A DNA stretch of 64,000 bases from Shigella phage KRT47. The notes under the pieces are model-generated. The model was not told the DNA's origin, did not search any database, and saw only the letters and a program-made list of their open reading frames with translations. The stretch is from the sequence record MN781580, one strand, 5' to 3'. Shown in pieces: positions 57,853 to 64,000 of this stretch (within the stretch, counting starts at the first letter, position 1; every line of letters begins with the position of its first letter). Position numbers and translations under genes: made by a program.

Positions 57853-58303
57853 AATCCACCACTATTAAATCAATATCAGGAGTAAACATGTCGATTAATT
57901 TAGAAACCTTATCCCAATCACCGCCAGCAATACCGCAACCTATGCGTGGAATGTAAATTACCGGTTTAAACAAAAGGGTTTCTGCCTGTAGATTTAATTC
58001 TATCATGCAGTTTACTAAAGCACCATAATCAAGATTAGGACCTGGTTCGTATTGCGTATACAGGTTATAGCATATACCAAATCCTGTAGGACTATGTTTA
58101 AAAACAATAGACATATCGCCTAATTTATCACGAGAACCGTACTCGGTAGTGGTTTTATCTATTTCTAAAATTTTGGGATAGGCTCTTGCTAATTGACCTG
58201 CTACGCCAGAGCCCATTGTGTGGAAGCAATTACACCCGTGTGCAATAATATTACCTTGAAGAAATAGGGCGACAATATCGCCCTTGATATATTTTACAAT
58301 CAT
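57824..58303 (-). CDS. Macro-domain-like protein (putative ADP-ribose binding/hydrolase), 159 aa
   Basis: KGDIVAL...NIIAHGCNC...MGSGVAGQLA...IGCGIAGG parallels macro motifs GDIT/VNAAN/GGGVxGAI/IST-G. Confidence 0.55.
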   Translation of the reverse strand: MIVKYIKGDIVALFLQGNIIAHGCNCFHTMGSGVAGQLARAYPKILEIDKTTTEYGSRDKLGDMSIVFKHSPTGFGICYNLYTQYEPGPNLDYGALVNCMIELNLQAETLLFKPVIYIPRIGCGIAGGDWDKVSKLIDMFTPDIDLIVVDYESTLPASV

Positions 58304-58641
58304 CTAGTACTCAATCCTCGATTATAAGAATCTACTAAACGGTCAACCATTGAATGACAAGCGGCTTTATCTTTCTCCTCCGCAACTGAACATTCTAAGG
58401 TATTCCACTTTTTAGCATATCGTTTTAACAATGTATCATTTTTGTATCTGCTTGATTTATCTCTTTCTCCGTCTTTATATGCATATATTAATTTCTGTGC
58501 AAATTCAGCTTGGCATGCTTTATTTTTCCCGCAATAATCCGCTGCAGTACGGTTTACATACTCTCTAATTTCAGTATATGATGTATCTGCTAACGCAGAA
58601 AATGAAATTAATCCTATACATAAAACCAAAATTTTAGTCAT
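58300..58641 (-). CDS. Secreted Cys-containing protein, 113 aa
   Basis: Signal peptide MTKILVLCIGLISFSALA; four Cys. Confidence 0.5.
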   Translation of the reverse strand: MTKILVLCIGLISFSALADTSYTEIREYVNRTAADYCGKNKACQAEFAQKLIYAYKDGERDKSSRYKNDTLLKRYAKKWNTLECSVAEEKDKAACHSMVDRLVDSYNRGLSTR

Positions 58642-59179
58642 TTACTATTTCCAAAAGTTTATTATTTTTAAGGTAATTAGCCTTTTCTAGGACTTCAGAA
58701 GCATATTTAGAACCTGCTTTAACATTCCATCCCGAATTATAAGAGGATATTGCTTTTCTTATATCGCCCTTATGTATATTTAACCAATAAGAAAGTTCAA
58801 TGTACGCCCAGGAAGCTGAATTGGACCGTTTATTCAACATTCTTTTTATTTCAGCATCGGTCATATTATAACCAAGTTCCTTAACTCTTGCTCGCATAGT
58901 AGGCAAATAATTTTGGAACATTCCGTAGGCGTGATGCTTTGGTTTAGATTTTAAATTAACTCCGCCAGAGCTTTCTTGCCATAAAATGGCTGCCATTATA
59001 TGACCTAATCCGCTCTTGTGGATATTTTTGTGTGTTTTATATTTTCCATCCTTAGAAAATTGTTCCCCGAATTGATACGCGTAACGCATGTTATCGAGTT
59101 GGACATTACTGAAAGTATGCTCGGAGCTATGTGCCATCATTGAAATGGCCAATAGACCAGCGAGTAGTGCTTTTCTCAT
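58634..59179 (-). CDS. Secreted lytic transglycosylase-like (SLT domain) protein, 181 aa
   Basis: Signal peptide; SLT-like motifs ILWQESSG, YGMFQ and SSYNSG. Confidence 0.6.
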   Translation of the reverse strand: MRKALLAGLLAISMMAHSSEHTFSNVQLDNMRYAYQFGEQFSKDGKYKTHKNIHKSGLGHIMAAILWQESSGGVNLKSKPKHHAYGMFQNYLPTMRARVKELGYNMTDAEIKRMLNKRSNSASWAYIELSYWLNIHKGDIRKAISSYNSGWNVKAGSKYASEVLEKANYLKNNKLLEIVND

Positions 59180-59186
59180 GCTTACC

Positions 59187-59648
59187 TCATTGAGTTTTAA
59201 TTACTGCTTTAGAAGCCTTTCCTGGTAAACGACGACTGTTGATAATTGCCATCCTGCATTGAAGCGACGGGTCTTTGAACTTCGCATTAGGTTTACAAAC
59301 TGTAAATCCAAGCCAAAGATTTCCATCTGTGATTTCTAAACGCCCAGGACGATATTCAACCCCATCAATAAAATCCTCGTCAATGTCCGGACGCGGAGGC
59401 ATACTCAGGAATTCATTAACTTCTAAAACATGGTCTTTTATTTTGTGGAATAATTCAAAAACATATGTCTCATCAATCTCCCGTTGAATTGCACGGTCAA
59501 GAAGATGCTGAGAATATTTTAGATGAAACGATGAGACCCCTGCTGCTTTTGATGCCTCACGAATCTCATTGTTAATTTGACGAAACTCCGACTCAAAGTG
59601 ACGACGGAGCTTATTTCGACGGATAAAAACTTCTGTGTTGATAGTCAT
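59187..59648 (-). CDS. regB: RegB endoribonuclease, 153 aa
   Basis: 153 aa; sequence consistent with T4 RegB as recalled; early promoter upstream. Confidence 0.7.
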   Translation of the reverse strand: MTINTEVFIRRNKLRRHFESEFRQINNEIREASKAAGVSSFHLKYSQHLLDRAIQREIDETYVFELFHKIKDHVLEVNEFLSMPPRPDIDEDFIDGVEYRPGRLEITDGNLWLGFTVCKPNAKFKDPSLQCRMAIINSRRLPGKASKAVIKTQ

Positions 59649-59675
59649 GTTATTCTCCTCTTAACTGATAGAAAA

Positions 59676-59705
59676 ATTATACCACAGTCAAGAGGAAAAG
59701 TAAAC
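59676..59705 (-). promoter_or_regulatory. Early promoter (-35 GTTTAC, -10 TATAAT)
   Basis: Minus-strand GTTTAC at 59700-59705, TATAAT at 59676-59681. Confidence 0.55.
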
Positions 59706-59707
59706 AG

Positions 59708-59986
59708 TTATTCTTTAAATCTAATCAATTTATTCATAGACTTTGAAACTTCTGCACGAACCTCATGTAGGTTTTTGAGCTGTTCAAGACGCTGCTCATA
59801 GTAAGCAATTTCATCTTCTTCGAGACAGTCCTGTGAATCTTCTTTAAGATAACGTGCATAGTCCTGGAAAGCTTTACGGACTACTTCCTGGAAGTCATCA
59901 AGACTTTGAATTTTCTTAGGAGCAACAGATACACGACGAGGGGCAGTATAATACTCATAACCAAACCCTGCGCTTAATTGAGCCAT
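59708..59986 (-). CDS. Hypothetical protein, about 92 aa
   Basis: ATG at 59984-59986 with GAGGAAAAA SD (TAATG overlap); track extends upstream. Confidence 0.45.
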   Translation of the reverse strand: MAQLSAGFGYEYYTAPRRVSVAPKKIQSLDDFQEVVRKAFQDYARYLKEDSQDCLEEDEIAYYEQRLEQLKNLHEVRAEVSKSMNKLIRFKE

Positions 59987-60252
59987 TAATATTTTTCCTC
60001 TGGTTGGAACACAGCACGACAAGCCCACATACTGGCTTCTTTGAGTTTCGTTTTAGCAATAGTTAACTGATCGAGGCTTTCAGCATAATTCTTTGCGAAT
60101 TCACAGTCTTCACAATTATTTAGTGCTTCCCAGAATTCATCATATAAAGCATCAAAGATAAGTCCCAAACGAACTTCAGCGTCTTTGATAGCATTCACTT
60201 TACCGATTTTCTCTTCAGTGTGCGGCTTATAACCTTTAATGTCTTCAATCAT
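59986..60252 (-). CDS. Hypothetical protein, about 88 aa
   Basis: ATG at 60250-60252 with GAGGAAG SD; track extends upstream. Confidence 0.45.
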   Translation of the reverse strand: MIEDIKGYKPHTEEKIGKVNAIKDAEVRLGLIFDALYDEFWEALNNCEDCEFAKNYAESLDQLTIAKTKLKEASMWACRAVFQPEEKY

Positions 60253-60466
60253 ATTTGACTTCCTCACCAGTACATAAATCATATTCAACTAAACGAATAG
60301 GTTCATGAATGCCATATCCTTGAACAGAAATTTCTGTCGTAGGATAAATTCCATCAATATCACCCATATTCCATGCTTCATTAAATTGTTGTTCGCCTGA
60401 ATTACTAAACCATTCGGCGAAAGCATTTAGCACATCTTTAGAACCTTCAATAATTATCTTTGCCAT
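60245..60466 (-). CDS. Small hypothetical protein, 73 aa
   Basis: ATG at 60464-60466. Confidence 0.45.
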   Translation of the reverse strand: MAKIIIEGSKDVLNAFAEWFSNSGEQQFNEAWNMGDIDGIYPTTEISVQGYGIHEPIRLVEYDLCTGEEVKYD

Positions 60467-60828
60467 TACAAACTCTCAGTAAAGGTACGAGCGATAACGT
60501 CGCGCTGCTGTTCCGGAGTCAGAGAGTTAAAGCGAACTGCATAACCGGATACACGGATGGTCAGCTGCGGATATTTTTCCGGATGCTTAACTGCATCTTC
60601 CAGAGTTTCGCGACGCAGAACGTTAACGTTCAGGTGTTGACCACCTTCAATTTTAACTGTAGGCTGTGGTTCAATTTCAATTTCACGGGCATGCAAACCG
60701 TAGAAAATTTCTGGGTCTACAAAAGAGTCCTCTTTAAAGGTTTTAGAGACAATAATTCGTGCTTGAATACCATCTTCAAAATAAATAGTACCTTTATGCG
60801 TGCCTTCAAGAATTTGATATGCTTTCAT
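60466..60828 (-). CDS. Autonomous glycyl-radical cofactor (GrcA/YfiD-like), 120 aa
   Basis: C-terminus ...[39 protein letters not shown]... matches enterobacterial GrcA as recalled; coding DNA there is visibly GC-richer. Confidence 0.8.
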   Translation of the reverse strand: MKAYQILEGTHKGTIYFEDGIQARIIVSKTFKEDSFVDPEIFYGLHAREIEIEPQPTVKIEGGQHLNVNVLRRETLEDAVKHPEKYPQLTIRVSGYAVRFNSLTPEQQRDVIARTFTESL

Positions 60829-60835
60829 ATAAACC

Positions 60836-61165
60836 TCAATTAGAAAATAAATTTATCCAAGATTGTTCTTTAATTAAAAATGGCTCAGAATCATATGCCA
60901 TTAAACTTTGGGTGATTAGTCCTTTAAAAGGTCCATCAATAAATTCCATGGTAAAATATGGAATTTTATTCATTAATCTTGCATTAGGAGCAGTGCACAA
61001 AACTCTGCATCCTTTGAATACGCCTTTTTGTAATTTGTATTGCTTGGGATAAAATTCGCTCAAAATGTTATTATTTGCCAAAATTTCAAAATGATTCACC
61101 AATTTATTTTTAATAGTTTTTGGCGAAAAATAAAGATATTCGAAAAGCTGTGTGTCTGTCATCAT
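60836..61165 (-). CDS. Hypothetical protein, 109 aa
   Basis: ATG at 61163-61165, ATGA overlap. Confidence 0.5.
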   Translation of the reverse strand: MMTDTQLFEYLYFSPKTIKNKLVNHFEILANNNILSEFYPKQYKLQKGVFKGCRVLCTAPNARLMNKIPYFTMEFIDGPFKGLITQSLMAYDSEPFLIKEQSWINLFSN

Positions 61166-61704
61166 TGCATTCCAATCACAAAAAATTGAGGACGAACTGT
61201 TTCACCTGTTTCAGCATTATAGCTTCGACAACAGTGTTGCACAGTTTCAATATGAATATCGTAAATTTTATCCATATCAGGAGATTTGACAGGCTCATCA
61301 ATTATATACAAAATTCGCGAAAGCGATAAACCTCTGAACTTGCTTCCTTTATTACCAATAAAACTGCGCACAGAATCAGTAAATAAACGAAAACGTATAT
61401 CATCATTAGAATAACGCGAAAATTCCTTTTTAATGTTATTTGCAGAAATTTTAGCGTAAGCTGAAGTATTAGAAAGAACGATAACTGTTCCGCCATCATA
61501 CAACCAATTAGCAGCAAAGTTAGTCACAGCAATTGATTTACCGGATTGACGTCCACCATCTAGTCGAAGTGTGCAATACTGTTTAAGTAATTCTTCAAAT
61601 GGCGGGATATATTCGTTTTTACAAATTTCTTCTACTCTAGCATCAGAATGGTGTGTAAAAGCATTCATCAGGGATAGATAAGGACCAGTTAAAAATGTTC
61701 TCAT
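61162..61704 (-). CDS. Small P-loop NTPase, 180 aa
   Basis: Walker A GGRQSGKS; ATG at 61702-61704. Confidence 0.55.
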   Translation of the reverse strand: MRTFLTGPYLSLMNAFTHHSDARVEEICKNEYIPPFEELLKQYCTLRLDGGRQSGKSIAVTNFAANWLYDGGTVIVLSNTSAYAKISANNIKKEFSRYSNDDIRFRLFTDSVRSFIGNKGSKFRGLSLSRILYIIDEPVKSPDMDKIYDIHIETVQHCCRSYNAETGETVRPQFFVIGMQ

Positions 61705-61844
61705 TTCTTCTCTCTAAGTTTGGGCCATTCCATGGCGCATGAATTGTCCATTTCTGTATTTACCCATTACCGCACTCAGGCTCGACCTTATTACAGGTTG
61801 GCGGGAATCCCTCACAGAATCATGAGGTCCAGGTTGTTCCCATA

Positions 61845-62318
61845 TTATTTGAACGATTTAACGTACTGAATAGAACCTTTACTATTTACAAAGGCAATTT
61901 TACCATTTTTATTATACATGGTAGCAGTACGTTGATAGCCATAAGTTTGTTTACCAGATTGATAACCAACTAATGCAAAATTATCTTCACCCATTTTATT
62001 CTGTTTAGCGCGAATGCGTTCATGACCATGTGCCATAAGAACCTTAGCGTCGCCAGTTGCAATGGATCTACGAGTTTTTTCATCTTCAACTGTATTAACA
62101 AAGTCGTCAAATGAATCAAATTTAGCATGAGATTTATTATACAGTTTTCCATCTACTGCATAATTATATCCCTGTACATCCATCTCAACTTCTGTACCAT
62201 CATCCAATACAGCAGTGATTTTTTGACCTTTTTTAAATTTCAAAAGATCAGTAAAAGATTCAGCAATAATTTGAGAATTAATAGCTGCTTCAGTAATAAA
62301 TTCTTGATATGTTTTCAT
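61845..62318 (-). CDS. Internal (capsid-packaged) protein with capsid-targeting sequence, 157 aa
   Basis: N-terminus MKTYQEFITE matches the T4 internal-protein targeting sequence; position next to e. Confidence 0.65.
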   Translation of the reverse strand: MKTYQEFITEAAINSQIIAESFTDLLKFKKGQKITAVLDDGTEVEMDVQGYNYAVDGKLYNKSHAKFDSFDDFVNTVEDEKTRRSIATGDAKVLMAHGHERIRAKQNKMGEDNFALVGYQSGKQTYGYQRTATMYNKNGKIAFVNSKGSIQYVKSFK

Positions 62319-62334
62319 GTGTATCCTTTAATTT

Positions 62335-62652
62335 TTATTCTTTAGGGAAGTTTTTAGAATATGCATCATAAAGCTTATTTCCAATACGGCGGAAAACTCT
62401 AGCAGCAAAACGATTTTCTGGGTTTTTAATCATGATTTGCATCATATAAGTACCCGCGTCAGAAAGAGCTTCTTCATAGTACCCGTTAATTTCTTTAAGA
62501 GTCCTACGTTTACCACCAGGACCATCAACAGTGATTTTCCATTTACCTGTAGAAGTGCGACTTGGCGGCTCAACTTGTTCAATCCAGATATAACCGCCTT
62601 CTACACGTTGTCCTGCAGCAGATTCTGCAATAAATTCTTTATACGTTTTCAT
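62335..62652 (-). CDS. Internal (capsid-packaged) protein with capsid-targeting sequence, 105 aa
   Basis: N-terminus MKTYKEFIAE; basic protein. Confidence 0.65.
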   Translation of the reverse strand: MKTYKEFIAESAAGQRVEGGYIWIEQVEPPSRTSTGKWKITVDGPGGKRRTLKEINGYYEEALSDAGTYMMQIMIKNPENRFAARVFRRIGNKLYDAYSKNFPKE

Positions 62653-62706
62653 GTGTTTCCTTTAAATATTTTAATTAGTAATTTATCTATTCAAGTAACT
62701 GTGAAT

Positions 62707-62736
62707 ATACTATCACAATTCCAAGAGAAAGTAAAC
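62707..62736 (-). promoter_or_regulatory. Possible early promoter (-35 GTTTAC, weak -10)
   Basis: Minus-strand GTTTAC at 62731-62736; -10 region TAGTAT/TATATT is imperfect. Confidence 0.35.
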
Positions 62737-62740
62737 AACT

Positions 62741-63709
<969 letters not shown>

Positions 63710-63728
<19 letters not shown>

Positions 63729-63940
63729 TCAGTGATAAAATTATTTAAATTTTGAGTATATTTCTTTTCATCAAAAATCTTTTGCTGCCTACGTAACCGC
63801 CATGGCATTTCAATGAACACGCACCATATTCCTGATAGTACTGCTGCTGTAAAAATATTAACAAGTATAATTAAAAGAATCCAATCTTCCGTTCTGCCTA
63901 CTGGACTTTCTCCAAAGAAGCAAAATACAAATGATGTCAC
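63710..63940 (-). CDS. Small membrane protein, up to 76 aa (start uncertain)
   Basis: Hydrophobic helix WILLIILVNIFTAAVLSGIW; track start is a GTG. Confidence 0.4.
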
Positions 63941-64000
63941 AGGAAAACTAATAATATACCACAGAATAACCTTCTTATCTGTGAACCAATCAGCGTTCGT

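Noticed and set aside
60460-60843. Plus-strand 127-aa ORF
   Set aside because: Antisense to the GrcA-like gene, whose identity is strongly supported by its conserved C-terminus.
61705-61844. Possible tRNA or small RNA gene in the ORF-free gap
   Set aside because: No T-loop consensus or cloverleaf could be fitted by eye; kept only as a low-interest finding.

Overview
This 64-kb window reads as a T-even (T4-like, Tequatrovirus) phage genome segment, starting at the stop codon of rIIA and running through the early/middle replication region to lysozyme e and nudE. Recognisable genes in order: rIIA, 39, dexA, dda, modA/modB, soc, 56, 61, 41, 40, uvsX, a glycosyltransferase, 42, imm, 43, regA, 62-44-45, rpbA, 46/47, alpha-gt, 55, nrdH-nrdG-nrdD, 49, nrdC, rI, tk, regB, two internal-protein genes, e and nudE. 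All coding is on the minus strand except one small ORF; genes are tightly packed with many ATGA/TAATG overlaps. Recurrent signals are early promoters (GTTTAC-N18-TATAAT type), late TATAAATA boxes, C(UUCG)G hairpins and the gene 43 translational operator. I found no tRNA, rRNA, CRISPR, intron or homing-endonuclease gene. Departures from the T4 prototype (from memory, not searched): gene 39 is one uninterrupted 605-aa ORF, nrdD is intron-free, and a 280-aa GT-A glycosyltransferase sits where T4 has beta-gt. The best candidates for undescribed biology are in the nrdC-tk accessory block: four tandem divergent paralogs with coiled-coil C-termini (45480-49469) and a membrane protein / Pol-beta-type nucleotidyltransferase / P-loop ATPase cluster (50910-53465). 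Further leads are a macro-domain protein, a 54-aa ORF with an internal-protein-like capsid-targeting N-terminus, and a host-derived GrcA-like gene. All coordinates for promoters and hairpins are hand-indexed and may be off by 1-2 nt; many track ORFs start at TTG/GTG and I have trimmed them to the ATG with a Shine-Dalgarno where I could verify it.
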